DNA of 64,000 bases from a bacterium (GCA_963605025.1 CAVCSZ010000003.1:9201-73200); one strand, 5' to 3'. Shown: positions 28,212-38,410, numbered from the stretch's first letter. The notes: generated from the sequence alone by a model not told the origin. Numbers and translations are program-made.

Positions 28212-28691
28212 TTACTTCTTTAATTTTTTAATCTCTTCATTAACACTAGGTGGTACAAGAGAAGATACATCTACATTATTCTCTACAAAATCCATAATTA
28301 CAGTAGATGAAATCATAGAAATCTCAGGCTTTGCTAATAAATATACTATATCAATAGATTCATCAATATATCTATTATTAGTATAATATCTCCATTCATA
28401 TTCATAATCACCTGCTACTCTTAATCCTCTAATTAAAAATTTAGCGTTTACTTTTTTAGCGTATTTAATTACTAATCCTTCATAATAATCTACTTTTACA
28501 TTGTCAAATTCTTTAATAGAATCTTTAATCATATTAATTCTATTATTTAAAGTAAATCTTGCTTTTTTATTTGGATTAACTGCAATTAATATAATTACTT
28601 CATCAAAAATAAGTGAACTTCTTTTAATAATATCTAAATGTCCATTTGTTAATGGATCAAAACTACCTGGATAAATTGCTATTTTCTTCAT
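28212..28691 (-). CDS. coaD: Phosphopantetheine adenylyltransferase
   Basis: MKKIAIYPGSFDPLTNGHLDII with the HxGH nucleotidyltransferase motif; 159 aa. Confidence 0.9.
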   Translation of the reverse strand: MKKIAIYPGSFDPLTNGHLDIIKRSSLIFDEVIILIAVNPNKKARFTLNNRINMIKDSIKEFDNVKVDYYEGLVIKYAKKVNAKFLIRGLRVAGDYEYEWRYYTNNRYIDESIDIVYLLAKPEISMISSTVIMDFVENNVDVSSLVPPSVNEEIKKLKK

Positions 28692-29227
28692 ATTTTCTTA
28701 TAAACAAAAAGTTTACTCCTTCCATATTTGTATTCTTTGAAATTAATATTATTATTAATTTCTTCATTAAAATAATCTTCTCTTTCAAAAATAATTATTC
28801 CATTATCATTTAAATAATTATTAATTAAATTATTAATAAATTCTAAATCTATAATCATTTTATAAGGAGGATCAATAAAAATAATATCAAATTTTAAAAT
28901 ATTTTTAATAGATATTAAATATTTTTCATAATCAGAATTAATTAATTCATAATTACTTTTATCACAAAAAGATAAATTAGAATTTAAAATTTTTAAGACT
29001 TCTTTATCTCTTTCTACAAAATAAACTTTTTTAGCGTCTCTAGATAAAGCTTCAATTCCTATTTGACCTGAACCAGCGAATAAGTCTAAAAAATAAGAAT
29101 CTTTAATTTCATTTCTAATAATATTAAATAATCCTACTTTTACTATATCTTTAGTAGGTCTAGTTACATTACTATCAGGTTCCAATATCTTTCTACCTTT
29201 ATATTTTCCTGCATTTACTCTAATCAT
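28688..29227 (-). CDS. rsmD: 16S rRNA (guanine966-N2)-methyltransferase RsmD
   Basis: DLFAGSGQIGIEALSR and DPPY motifs. Sits in the conserved rsmD-coaD arrangement. Confidence 0.85.
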   Translation of the reverse strand: MIRVNAGKYKGRKILEPDSNVTRPTKDIVKVGLFNIIRNEIKDSYFLDLFAGSGQIGIEALSRDAKKVYFVERDKEVLKILNSNLSFCDKSNYELINSDYEKYLISIKNILKFDIIFIDPPYKMIIDLEFINNLINNYLNDNGIIIFEREDYFNEEINNNINFKEYKYGRSKLFVYKKI

Positions 29228-29556
29228 ATATCAAATATTTCTTTATTTATTAAATCAATAATTTCATTAATAGCTTTTTCTTTTTCTTTATAATTTTTAG
29301 AAACTTCTAAATCATTTAATTCATCTATACATTTTTTAATTTCTTTTTGTAATAATAAAATAGAAGGATCATTTTTATCTAAATATTTTAAATTATCTTC
29401 ATATTTCATAATTAAATTATCTTTTTTTAATGATAATTTAATAGCAGTTTCATTATTTTCTAGTTCATTTTTAGAATTAATAAAATCTACATATTCTTTT
29501 GTAGATTTAATATCATCATTAAGTTTATTAATTTTTTCTAACAAAATTAAATTCAT
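29224..29556 (-). CDS. Small coiled-coil protein, possibly YlbF/YmcA-like
   Basis: 110 aa, strongly helical with charged residues. It lies upstream of rsmD-coaD, as ylbF-family genes do in Bacilli. No diagnostic motif. Confidence 0.35.
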   Translation of the reverse strand: MNLILLEKINKLNDDIKSTKEYVDFINSKNELENNETAIKLSLKKDNLIMKYEDNLKYLDKNDPSILLLQKEIKKCIDELNDLEVSKNYKEKEKAINEIIDLINKEIFDI

Positions 29557-29647
29557 ATTAAAATTATAACAAATAATTTAAAAATTATCATTATTTTAAA
29601 TCATTATAGTTGAATTATTATAATAAAAATTCATATAATATTTAAGT

Positions 29648-30196
29648 ATGAATTTTAAAATAGTTAAAGATAATAAAAAAAGTATTAGAGAAAGATCAAT
29701 AGATATAAATTTTCCTTTATCAGAAGATATTAAAGAATTAGGTTTAAATATGCTTAATTATTTAAAATTATCTCAAGATGAAGAATATTTAAATCTTCAT
29801 AAAGAAGTAAGAAGTGGAGTAGGTCTTGCAGCTCCTCAAATTGGTAAAAACATTAAAATGGTTGCAATTTATTGTCAAGACGAAAATGGAAAACAACATG
29901 AATATGTTTTAATTAATCCTGTTATTATCTCAGAAAGTACTAAAGAATGTTATCTTTCAGGTGGAGAAGGATGTTTAAGTGTAGATGAAAAACATCCTGG
30001 ATTAATTTATAGAAGTTATAAAATTAAAGTTAAATGTTTTGATTTATTAAAAAATGAAAATAAAGAATATACTTTTATTGGTTATTTAGCAATTGTTGCT
30101 CAACATGAAATTGATCATTTAAAAGGAATATTATTCTATGATCATATTAATAAAGAAAATCCTTTTGAAATTAAAAAAGGTGCAATTGAAATTTAA
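29648..30196 (+). CDS. def: Peptide deformylase
   Basis: GVGLAAPQIG, EGCLSV and QHEIDHL motifs. Confidence 0.9.
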   Translation: MNFKIVKDNKKSIRERSIDINFPLSEDIKELGLNMLNYLKLSQDEEYLNLHKEVRSGVGLAAPQIGKNIKMVAIYCQDENGKQHEYVLINPVIISESTKECYLSGGEGCLSVDEKHPGLIYRSYKIKVKCFDLLKNENKEYTFIGYLAIVAQHEIDHLKGILFYDHINKENPFEIKKGAIEI

Positions 30197-30273
30197 TTAA
30201 TAATAAATTACAATATTAATAACATAAATGATTAAGTTCATATTTTTTTAAATATAAAATAATAGGAGAATGC

Positions 30274-31959
30274 ATGGAAAAGAAAAGAAAAAATCCTGTA
30301 AAAATTTATGCTTTAGGTGGATTAGGTGAAGTTGGTAAAAACACTTATTGCTTAGAAAATGATGATGATTTAATAATTATAGATGCTGGTGTTAAATTCC
30401 CAGAAGATGATTTTGTAGGTGTAGATTATGTAATACCTAATTATAATCATTTAAAAAATAACCAAACTAAAATAAGAGGACTTTTTATTACTCATGGTCA
30501 TGAAGATCATATTGGTGGTATTCCTTTTCTTTTAAAAACTGTTAATATTCCTGTTATTTATGCTCCAAAATTAGCAGCTGCTTTAATTAGACAAAAACTT
30601 GAAGATCATAAAATTAAATTTAATGTTAAAATTGTAGAATATAAAGAAACTGATAAAATTACTGCTGGAACATTTAAAGTATCATGTTTTAGAGTTACTC
30701 ACTCTATTCCTGATTCATTTGGTTTCTGTATTGATACTAGTGAAGGTAGAATTGTTACTACTGGTGATTTTAAAATTGATTTAACTCCAGTTGGTCCTGA
30801 TATGGAAATTCATAAAATAGCACATATTGGTGAAGAAGGTGTTGATTTACTTTTAGCAGATAGCACTAACGCTATGAAAGATGGATGGACTCCAAGTGAA
30901 AAAAATGTTTTAAATTCTATTAATGATGTTTTTGATAAATCTGCTGGAAGAATAATTATGTCAACTTTCTCAAGCAACGTATCAAGAATTCAACAAATCT
31001 TAGATTGTGCTGTTAAACATAATCGTAAATGTATAATTGTTGGAAAATCAATGGTAAATGCAGTTGATTGTGCAATTAAATTTGGTTATATTAAAATACC
31101 TTCAGGTTATATTAAACAAGTTGATGACTTAAATAGTTTAAAAGATAATGAAACATTAATTCTTTGTACTGGTTCACAAGGTGAAGCAATGGCAGCTCTT
31201 AATAGAATTGCTAATGGAACATTTAAAGGTATTAAAATTATTCCTGGAGATACAGTTGTATTCTCATCTTCTCCTATTCCTGGAAATGGAGCAAGTATTG
31301 CTAAAGTTGTTAATAGATTGACTCGTTTAGGTTGTGATGTTATTACAAATTCTATTATTAAAGATATTCACTCTTCAGGTCACCCTTCAAGACAAGAATT
31401 AAAAATGAATTTAAAATTATTCAATCCTAAATATTTTATGCCTGCACATGGTGAATATCATATGTTAAAATTACATGGAGATATTGCTCAAGAATTAGGT
31501 ATGCCTAAAGAAAATATCTTTTTATTAGCAAATGGTGATGTATTAATTTTACAAAATCATAAAATAGTTGAAAGTGATGAAAGAATAATTGCAGATGATA
31601 TTTATATTGATGGATATGATATTAATGGTGTTTCTACTGCAGTTATTGGAGATAGAAAAATCTTACAAGATGATGGAATGGTTAGTGTTTTAATTTGTTT
31701 AGATAGTAAAAATTCTAAATTAATTGCGCATCCAAAAGTTATAACTGTAGGATTTGTAAGTTATGGAAAATACGAAGAACATTTAACTAGACACGCTTCA
31801 ATGAAAGTTGAAGAAAGTCTAACTAAATTATTTGAAGGTAAAAGAGTAACTTTTAATGATATTAAAAATACAATCAGAAGCGTTGTTAGTAAATATTATT
31901 TTAGAAAAACTCAACGTAATCCAATGATTATTCCATTAATTTTAGATAAGAAACAATAA
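30274..31959 (+). CDS. rnj: Ribonuclease J
   Basis: Metallo-beta-lactamase HGHEDHIGG motif plus beta-CASP and a C-terminal domain; 561 aa. Confidence 0.9.
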   Translation: MEKKRKNPVKIYALGGLGEVGKNTYCLENDDDLIIIDAGVKFPEDDFVGVDYVIPNYNHLKNNQTKIRGLFITHGHEDHIGGIPFLLKTVNIPVIYAPKLAAALIRQKLEDHKIKFNVKIVEYKETDKITAGTFKVSCFRVTHSIPDSFGFCIDTSEGRIVTTGDFKIDLTPVGPDMEIHKIAHIGEEGVDLLLADSTNAMKDGWTPSEKNVLNSINDVFDKSAGRIIMSTFSSNVSRIQQILDCAVKHNRKCIIVGKSMVNAVDCAIKFGYIKIPSGYIKQVDDLNSLKDNETLILCTGSQGEAMAALNRIANGTFKGIKIIPGDTVVFSSSPIPGNGASIAKVVNRLTRLGCDVITNSIIKDIHSSGHPSRQELKMNLKLFNPKYFMPAHGEYHMLKLHGDIAQELGMPKENIFLLANGDVLILQNHKIVESDERIIADDIYIDGYDINGVSTAVIGDRKILQDDGMVSVLICLDSKNSKLIAHPKVITVGFVSYGKYEEHLTRHASMKVEESLTKLFEGKRVTFNDIKNTIRSVVSKYYFRKTQRNPMIIPLILDKKQ

Positions 31960-31960
31960 T

Positions 31961-32545
31961 ATGATTATTTTAGGATCTTCTTCTCCTAGAAGAATAGAAT
32001 ATTTAACTAAATTAAATTATAAATTTAAAATTATTAAACCTATTTTTAATGAAAGAAGTTTTAATTCAAATTCAAAAGAGGATTATTCCTCTTTTTTAGC
32101 GTTTAAAAAACTAGAATCTATCCTTTTAAATAATAAAGATTTAAATTTAAATGATGATTTAATAATAACTTTTGATACTTCAATTTTTAAAGATGGTGTT
32201 ATTTTTAATAAACCATTAGATTTAATAGATGCTTATAACACTTTAAAATATTTCTCTAATTCAAATCATGAAGTAATCACTGGATTTGCAATTTATTATA
32301 AAAATCAAATTATAATTGATTATGATATTACTAAAGTATATTTTAATGAATTAAGTGATAATTTAATAAATAAATACATAAATGATAAAAAAGTAAATGT
32401 TTTAGATAAAGCAGGTAGTTATGCGATTCAATACGATAATGATTATCATTTAATTAAAAAAATAGAAGGAAATCTTGATAATGTAATTGGATTTCCTTCA
32501 TTAAAAATAAAATATTATTTTGATAAATTAAATTATAAAGAATAA
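31961..32545 (+). CDS. maf: Maf-like nucleoside triphosphate pyrophosphatase
   Basis: N-terminal ILGSSSPRR signature. Confidence 0.8.
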   Translation: MIILGSSSPRRIEYLTKLNYKFKIIKPIFNERSFNSNSKEDYSSFLAFKKLESILLNNKDLNLNDDLIITFDTSIFKDGVIFNKPLDLIDAYNTLKYFSNSNHEVITGFAIYYKNQIIIDYDITKVYFNELSDNLINKYINDKKVNVLDKAGSYAIQYDNDYHLIKKIEGNLDNVIGFPSLKIKYYFDKLNYKE

Positions 32546-33313
32546 TTATCTAGTAAATAATTTTGATGTTTTTTCAATATAATTAGTAAGAGGATTTTTT
32601 AAAATTCTTATTTTTTTAGATGATAATTTAATATCTAAGAATACATTAGTGTCATTACACATTCTATCACTACTATCATAAAAAATATGAAATGGATATG
32701 TAAAATTCTTTAATGTAATATGTTTATCTTTATTTAATACAAATGATGAATGTAATGAACCATATTTAAAATTTAAAATAGGTGCTTCTTCTACTATTTG
32801 AAGCATTTCAATTTCATTATCTATTAAAGCTCCTCCTAAAGATCTTGAAACTCCACTAGAACCAATTGAAGAAGAAACAATAACTCCATCTCCTCTTAAA
32901 CTTTCAAGAAAATTATCATTAATAAATAAATCTAATGAAATAGTTCTACCATGTCTTGAATGTATTCTAAATTCATTTACAGCATATAATTTTTCTTCAT
33001 TATTTAAATTTAATTCTAATAAAGAAAATTCTTTATATTCATATTTTTCAATATTATTAATAAGTTCATCAATTTGATCAACTTCAAATTCACATAAATA
33101 TCCAAAACTACCTGTATTAATATTTATAAATATTATTCCATTTTTTAAATATTTATTAACTGCTTTAATGAAAGTTCCATCTCCTCCAATAGAAAATACA
33201 TATTGAGGATCACTATTATCTAAAATATGTCCTTTATCAGTTAATTTTTTAATAATTTCTTCTTCAATTTTTAAAGAATATTCATCTGTTCTATTTACAC
33301 AACCAAATTTCAT
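32546..33313 (-). CDS. nadK: NAD+ kinase
   Basis: GGDGT and NEF.I motifs; 255 aa. Confidence 0.85.
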   Translation of the reverse strand: MKFGCVNRTDEYSLKIEEEIIKKLTDKGHILDNSDPQYVFSIGGDGTFIKAVNKYLKNGIIFININTGSFGYLCEFEVDQIDELINNIEKYEYKEFSLLELNLNNEEKLYAVNEFRIHSRHGRTISLDLFINDNFLESLRGDGVIVSSSIGSSGVSRSLGGALIDNEIEMLQIVEEAPILNFKYGSLHSSFVLNKDKHITLKNFTYPFHIFYDSSDRMCNDTNVFLDIKLSSKKIRILKNPLTNYIEKTSKLFTR

Positions 33314-33378
33314 ACAAACCTCTATATTTTTATTTAAAAATATTGTATCATATTTAAGTAAATTTGAGGTGATAAATT

Positions 33379-33960
33379 ATGGCAACAAATATTGAAATTG
33401 AAGCAAAAGTCTTAATTAGTGAAGAACAATATAAAAATATTGTTAAAACATATGAAGGCAAAGTTATTAATGAATACGATCAAGATAACTACTATATTGA
33501 TAGTGATGATTTTGATTTAAAGAGTATTGGATGTGGATTAAGAGTTAGATTAAAAGATGGAATTTATAAATTAACTATGAAAGCTCCAATGTCAGAAGGA
33601 TTATTAGAAAAAAATAACACTATTACAAAAGCACAATTTGATGCATTATTAAAAGGTACAATGCCAGAATGTGATATTAAAGAATTTGTTAAGATGTTAG
33701 GAAAAGATCCTAGTAAATTAAAAATTCAAACTGAATTAATTACTCATCGTAAAGAAATTATGGTAGATGATGAAAGTATTCATTTCTCAATTGATAAAAA
33801 TGTTTACAATGGATTAACTGATTATGAACTTGAATGTTCAGGTAACTCTTTAAGTAGAGCTAAAGATTATTTAAAGAGATTATGTTCAGTAAGCAATATC
33901 TTATATAAAGATAATCCAAAGAGCAAAGAAACAAGAGCTTTAGAAACACTTAAGAAATAA
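33379..33960 (+). CDS. CYTH-domain protein (triphosphate tunnel metalloenzyme, CyaB-like)
   Basis: N-terminal EIEAK (ExExK) motif and overall CYTH pattern. Confidence 0.7.
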   Translation: MATNIEIEAKVLISEEQYKNIVKTYEGKVINEYDQDNYYIDSDDFDLKSIGCGLRVRLKDGIYKLTMKAPMSEGLLEKNNTITKAQFDALLKGTMPECDIKEFVKMLGKDPSKLKIQTELITHRKEIMVDDESIHFSIDKNVYNGLTDYELECSGNSLSRAKDYLKRLCSVSNILYKDNPKSKETRALETLKK

Positions 33961-33963
33961 TAA

Positions 33964-33996
33964 TAAAAAACACGCTTAATTAAGCGTGTTTTTTAT
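33964..33996. terminator. Bidirectional rho-independent terminator between the CYTH gene and spx
   Basis: Perfect palindrome acacgcttaa/ttaagcgtgt flanked by an A-run and a T-run. Confidence 0.65.
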
Positions 33997-34412
33997 TCAT
34001 CTTTGCAAGAACAACTTCCACATTCCATATTACATGCACATTCAGTTTTAGCGTATTTTCTAGCACGTGGTAAGAATATTTCTATTTCTTCCTTATTATA
34101 ACCAATTTGCAAATTATTATCACTTATAATAATTGGTCTTTTTAAAATAGAAGGATTTTTCTTAATAAATTCTAATAATTCATTAAGACTCATTGAATCA
34201 ATATCAATATTTCCTTCTTTAATAATTTTACTTCTAGTAGAAATAATATCTTCTGTTCCATTTTCAGTTTTTTCTAATATATCTTTTAATTCACTTTCTT
34301 TTAATATACTAGTAAAAATATTTTTTTCTTTATATGGAATTTTTTGATCATCAAACCATTTTTTAACTTTTCTACATGATGAACAAGATGGGGATGTATA
34401 AATAATAATCAT
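33993..34412 (-). CDS. spx: Spx-family (ArsC-fold) transcriptional regulator with a Cys-rich C-terminal extension
   Basis: N-terminal IIIYTSPSCSSCRKVKKWF..IPY.E.NI closely matches Spx. The C-terminal extension TECACNMECGSCSCKDE is absent from canonical Spx. Confidence 0.7.
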   Translation of the reverse strand: MIIIYTSPSCSSCRKVKKWFDDQKIPYKEKNIFTSILKESELKDILEKTENGTEDIISTRSKIIKEGNIDIDSMSLNELLEFIKKNPSILKRPIIISDNNLQIGYNKEEIEIFLPRARKYAKTECACNMECGSCSCKDE

Positions 34413-34442
34413 AATATAAATATTATAATTAATTTTTAATCA

Positions 34443-35015
34443 TTATAAAATACCTTCTAAAAGAATTTTTATTCCAATACCTATAAAAATAACAGCACTA
34501 ATAAAAGGTGCAAATTTTTGAAGTTTTTTACCAATTATTTTACCAAATAATCCAGTTAAAAAAGAAAGAATAAGTGTAGTAACACCTATAATTCCAAAGA
34601 TTAACATAGCGTTTCCTATGCTTTCTTCCATGAATACAAATCCAATACAAAAAGCATCAATAGAAGTTGCAATCGCTTCTACAATTAAAGAAAAGAATGA
34701 TAATTTCTTAACTTCTACTTCTTCATCTTTCTTTTTTAAATCTTTTATACCATCAATTAATGATTTAATACCTAATAAAAAAAGTAATGTAAAAGCAATC
34801 CATGGAATCCATTTTTCTACATAATCTTTAAAAGAATATCCTATAAAATATCCTAATGTAGGCATTAAAAATTGAAATAAACCAAATAATAAAGCTGCTA
34901 AAAAAAGTTTTCTTTTTTTAATTGTATTATCACTAACTGCATTAGCAGCATTAACGCACATAGCGTCTACAGACATAGATAAAGATACTAAAATAACATT
35001 AACCCAATCAAACAT
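34443..35015 (-). CDS. mntP: Manganese efflux pump MntP
   Basis: Two DUF204 repeats with SVDAM motifs; transmembrane protein. Confidence 0.8.
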   Translation of the reverse strand: MFDWVNVILVSLSMSVDAMCVNAANAVSDNTIKKRKLFLAALLFGLFQFLMPTLGYFIGYSFKDYVEKWIPWIAFTLLFLLGIKSLIDGIKDLKKKDEEVEVKKLSFFSLIVEAIATSIDAFCIGFVFMEESIGNAMLIFGIIGVTTLILSFLTGLFGKIIGKKLQKFAPFISAVIFIGIGIKILLEGIL

Positions 35016-35019
35016 AAAA

Positions 35020-35135
35020 TTATACCTCTTATTTAAATTGAGTCTCGATTATTAAGATAAGCCAGGTTTTAACCAGTATGTTGACTTATCACTTTAAAAA
35101 GTTATCTACTCCCTCTAAATTTATTTTATCAAAAT
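35020..35135 (-). promoter_or_regulatory. yybP-ykoY (Mn2+) riboswitch in the mntP leader
   Basis: The minus-strand leader contains AGAGGGAGUAGAUAAC and AAGUCAACAUACUGG, matching the conserved GGGGAGUAG and UUGUCAACAUAC blocks of the yybP-ykoY motif. It sits immediately upstream of the mntP RBS. Confidence 0.55.
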
Positions 35136-35157
35136 AAATTATGTTAGCAGTAGGTAA

Positions 35158-35481
35158 TTATTTATTCAATATCTTTAATACAATTGGAAAAGCTTCTTTA
35201 AATAAATTATAAACCTCAGTTAAATTACAATTATCTTCTTCAAAACATTGATTATAAACTTCTTTTAATTCATTAAAATCTAGTTCTTCATATTTAGAAG
35301 TTATTTCATCTATATTCGATATTTCTTGAGCAATTGAAGCAATTTCTATAAGACAATAACTAGTAGCGTCTAATCTCATTTCGTCTTTGCAAAAATCTAT
35401 CAATGAAAGATCATTAATATAATTTATCCCTTTTAGAATCCACATTTTTAATCCATAAATTAATTCTTCGTTTTTATTCAT
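35158..35481 (-). CDS. Hypothetical small acidic protein
   Basis: 107-aa ORF whose start overlaps the upstream HAD gene stop by 4 nt (coupled). No recognisable motif. Confidence 0.35.
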   Translation of the reverse strand: MNKNEELIYGLKMWILKGINYINDLSLIDFCKDEMRLDATSYCLIEIASIAQEISNIDEITSKYEELDFNELKEVYNQCFEEDNCNLTEVYNLFKEAFPIVLKILNK

Positions 35482-36110
35482 AATATTTCCTTTATCATTT
35501 CAAAATCATTAATCATGTAATCAGGTTTCATTTCTTTTATTATTTCATAATTTCCATATCCATAAGTAACTATAATAGATTTTAATTTAGAATTAATTGA
35601 AGTTAATAAATCATATTCACTATCTCCTACATAAAATCCTTCATTAGGATTTAAATTAAATTTTTTAAATAAATAATTTAAAAATTCTGGATCTGGTTTA
35701 TTTTTAAATTTAAAATCATCACCTTGAACATATTCAAATTGAACATTATTAAGTTTTAATTTTACTAATTTTTGAAGTAATTCATTAGGTTTATTAGAAT
35801 ATATAAATAGTTTTATATTTTTGTTAGATAAATAATCTAAAACAGTTAAAACATTATCATAAGGATTACTTAAATATTGATATTTTTCATAATTTTTAAG
35901 CATTAAATTAATTTCATCTTCAGAAAAATCTCTATTTAATGCTGATTTAAATAATTTTTTAACTCCTCCTCCAATAAAATTTCTAACTTCTTGAATATTA
36001 TAACTCTTAGTAATATTTAATTCCTTTAGTGTTTCGTTTAAAGCTTTTGTTATTCCAGGAAGCGTATCTATTAACGTTCCATCTAAATCGAATATAATGA
36101 AATTATTCAT
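35478..36110 (-). CDS. HAD-IA family hydrolase (phosphoglycolate phosphatase-like)
   Basis: MNNFIIFDLDGTLIDT N-terminal motif and C-terminal GDSEYD. The start is placed at the internal ATG (36110) because the longer ORF would begin inside the L17 terminator hairpin. Confidence 0.65.
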   Translation of the reverse strand: MNNFIIFDLDGTLIDTLPGITKALNETLKELNITKSYNIQEVRNFIGGGVKKLFKSALNRDFSEDEINLMLKNYEKYQYLSNPYDNVLTVLDYLSNKNIKLFIYSNKPNELLQKLVKLKLNNVQFEYVQGDDFKFKNKPDPEFLNYLFKKFNLNPNEGFYVGDSEYDLLTSINSKLKSIIVTYGYGNYEIIKEMKPDYMINDFEMIKEIL

Positions 36111-36130
36111 ACTTATATTATATTTTAAAA

Positions 36131-36162
36131 TATAAAAAAGTACTACATACACTGTAGTACTT
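36131..36162 (-). terminator. Rho-independent terminator after rplQ
   Basis: Stem agtactaca / tgtagtact followed by a T-run on the minus strand. Confidence 0.55.
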
Positions 36163-36188
36163 TTATTTATTATTTCTAGTAAATATTA

Positions 36189-36590
36189 TTAGTCTGCTAA
36201 AGTTAATAATCTAACAGGAGCATTATCTCCTTTACGATTTTCTAATTTATAAACTTTTAAATATCCACCATTACGGTTTGCAAATCTCTTACTTAATTCG
36301 TTAAATAATTTGTCTAAAGCATCATTTTTGCCTTCAACATCATATTTTCTTAAGATTGCAATAGCTTGTCTTCTAGAATGTAAATCACCTTTTTTACTTA
36401 AAGTAATTAAGTGATCAAATTCTTTAATGACATCTTTAACCATACTATTAGTAACTGTAACTTTTTCAAATAAAACTAATTCTGTAACGAGGTTACGAAC
36501 TTGTCCTTTCTTCTTAGAAGAAGTATAAGGAGTTTTAAATCTTACGCCACCTTTACCATGAACATTTTTTCTTCCAATTTGCATCGTCAA
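36189..36590 (-). CDS. rplQ: 50S ribosomal protein L17
   Basis: Sequence matches L17; follows rpoA as usual. Confidence 0.9.
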   Translation of the reverse strand: MTMQIGRKNVHGKGGVRFKTPYTSSKKKGQVRNLVTELVLFEKVTVTNSMVKDVIKEFDHLITLSKKGDLHSRRQAIAILRKYDVEGKNDALDKLFNELSKRFANRNGGYLKVYKLENRKGDNAPVRLLTLAD

Positions 36591-36595
36591 TCTCC

Positions 36596-37588
36596 TTAGT
36601 CATCGAGTTTACCATCTTTAAATGATAATCCCATTTCTGCTAATTTATCTTTGACTTCTTTTAATGATTTTTTACCTAAGTTTCTAACTTTCATCATTTC
36701 AGCTTCTGTTTTTTGAGTTAAGTCTGAAACTGTAGCAATTGAAGCTCTCTTTAAGCAGTTATAACTTCTAACACTTAAATCTAATTCTTCAATAATTTTA
36801 TCGACACCAGTATCTTCACCTTGGTTTTCGACTTTTTCACTAGTTAAGCCAATATCTTTAAATTTATTTGTTAAATCAATAAATTTTTCAAAATGATCTT
36901 TTAAAATTATACTTGCTAAAGATACAGCATCTTTAGGTGTAGTTGAACCGTTTGTCCAAACTTCAAGTACTAACTTATCAAATCTAGGGTCGTGTCCTAC
37001 ACGAGTTGATTCAACTTTATAGTTAACACGAACGATTGGGGAATAGTTACTATCTGTAGCGATTACTCCTTTTGAAGAAACGAATTGTTTATTTTCTTCA
37101 CTTGTAGCAAAACCTCTTCCGTTTTTGATGTGTAAAACCATATGTAAATGTCCACCATCAGCAATATTAGCGATTTCTAAATCACCGTTAACAGCACTAA
37201 CACCGGTAGGAAGTGGTATATCTTTTGCTGTTAATTTTGCTGGACCATGAACATCTATAGTAGCTTCATATTCTTCATCTTCAACAGTGTCTGATTTTAA
37301 TACTAAATCTTTTAAATTTAATATAATTTGTGTTAAATCTTCTTCAATTCCTTCTAAAGCAGTGAATTCATGTACTGCTCCATCAACTTCGATAGCATAA
37401 ACTGCTGTACCTGGAAGAGTAGATAATAAAACTCTTCTTAAAGCGTTTCCAATAGTTAATCCGAAACCTCTTTCTAAAGGTTCACAAACAATTTTTGCAT
37501 AATTCTCAGTCTCATCTTCAAAAACAATTGATGTTTTTAATTCTTCGAAAGGGTGTGCGATTTTAAATCCATTTTCTAATTCAGCCAT
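36596..37588 (-). CDS. rpoA: DNA-directed RNA polymerase subunit alpha
   Basis: Alpha N-terminal and C-terminal domains recognisable. The start is placed at MAELENGF, which has an AAGGGGGAA RBS 8 nt upstream. The longer track ORF overlaps rpsK. Confidence 0.9.
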   Translation of the reverse strand: MAELENGFKIAHPFEELKTSIVFEDETENYAKIVCEPLERGFGLTIGNALRRVLLSTLPGTAVYAIEVDGAVHEFTALEGIEEDLTQIILNLKDLVLKSDTVEDEEYEATIDVHGPAKLTAKDIPLPTGVSAVNGDLEIANIADGGHLHMVLHIKNGRGFATSEENKQFVSSKGVIATDSNYSPIVRVNYKVESTRVGHDPRFDKLVLEVWTNGSTTPKDAVSLASIILKDHFEKFIDLTNKFKDIGLTSEKVENQGEDTGVDKIIEELDLSVRSYNCLKRASIATVSDLTQKTEAEMMKVRNLGKKSLKEVKDKLAEMGLSFKDGKLDD

Positions 37589-37605
37589 AAATTCCCCCTT
37601 TAAAA

Positions 37606-37998
37606 TTATCCACGTCTTCTTTTTGGTGGACGGCATCCATTATGTGGAATAGGTGTAGTATCAACAATTGATGTGATAATTAATCCAGCTTGAGATAAAG
37701 CTCTAATTGCGCTTTCTCTACCAGCACCAGGACCTTTAACATCTACATCGACAGTTTTAATACCTTGATCGAAAGCAGCTTTACCAGCAGCTTCAGCAGC
37801 ACTTTGAGCAGCGAATGGAGTGCTCTTTTTTGCTCCTTTAAATCCTAATACACCACTTGAACTCCAAGCAATTGCATTTCCTTGTTCATCTGTAATAGTA
37901 ACAATTGTGTTATTAAAAGTTGAATGGATATGTGCAACGCCTTTAGTATAAGTTCTTTTTACCTTCTTTTTACGGGTAGCTTGTTTCTTTGTTGCCAT
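37606..37998 (-). CDS. rpsK: 30S ribosomal protein S11
   Basis: Sequence matches S11. Confidence 0.9.
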   Translation of the reverse strand: MATKKQATRKKKVKRTYTKGVAHIHSTFNNTIVTITDEQGNAIAWSSSGVLGFKGAKKSTPFAAQSAAEAAGKAAFDQGIKTVDVDVKGPGAGRESAIRALSQAGLIITSIVDTTPIPHNGCRPPKRRRG

Positions 37999-38015
37999 TT
38001 TGTTCTACCTCCTAA

Positions 38016-38390
38016 CTATCTAGTTGCTTCTTTTTTATTCGCAATAGTCTTTGCTGGACCTTTACGAGTACGAGCATTAGTTTTTGTTCTTTGTCCTCTT
38101 ACTGGAAGACCTCTTCTGTGACGAATTCCTCTGTAACAGCCGATTTCTTGAAGACGTTTGATATTTAAACCAACTTCTCTTCTTAAATCACCTTCAACTT
38201 TGTAATGAGCGATTTCAGATCTGATTTTTGTTAATTCTTCTTCTGATAAATCTTTTACTCTAGTTTGAGGATTAATTCCACATTTTTCTAAGATCTTCTT
38301 TGATGTAGAAAGACCGATTCCATAAATGTAAGTTAATGAGATAACAACATTCTTATCATTTGGAATATCAACACCGACAATACGTGCCAT
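38016..38390 (-). CDS. rpsM: 30S ribosomal protein S13
   Basis: [10 protein letters not shown] start; matches S13. Confidence 0.9.
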   Translation of the reverse strand: MARIVGVDIPNDKNVVISLTYIYGIGLSTSKKILEKCGINPQTRVKDLSEEELTKIRSEIAHYKVEGDLRREVGLNIKRLQEIGCYRGIRHRRGLPVRGQRTKTNARTRKGPAKTIANKKEATR

Positions 38391-38410
38391 TTTTAAATTT
38401 CCTCCAAAAA

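Noticed and set aside
36596-37636. Long 5' extensions of track ORFs for rpoA (37636), rpsJ (51016), rpsS (48020), rplO (41997), pfk (1970), the nuclease (4483) and the HAD gene (36152)
   Set aside because: The extended starts are either GTG or TTG codons or lack an RBS. They overlap upstream genes or terminator hairpins. The internal ATGs align with canonical N-termini and have properly spaced SD sequences.
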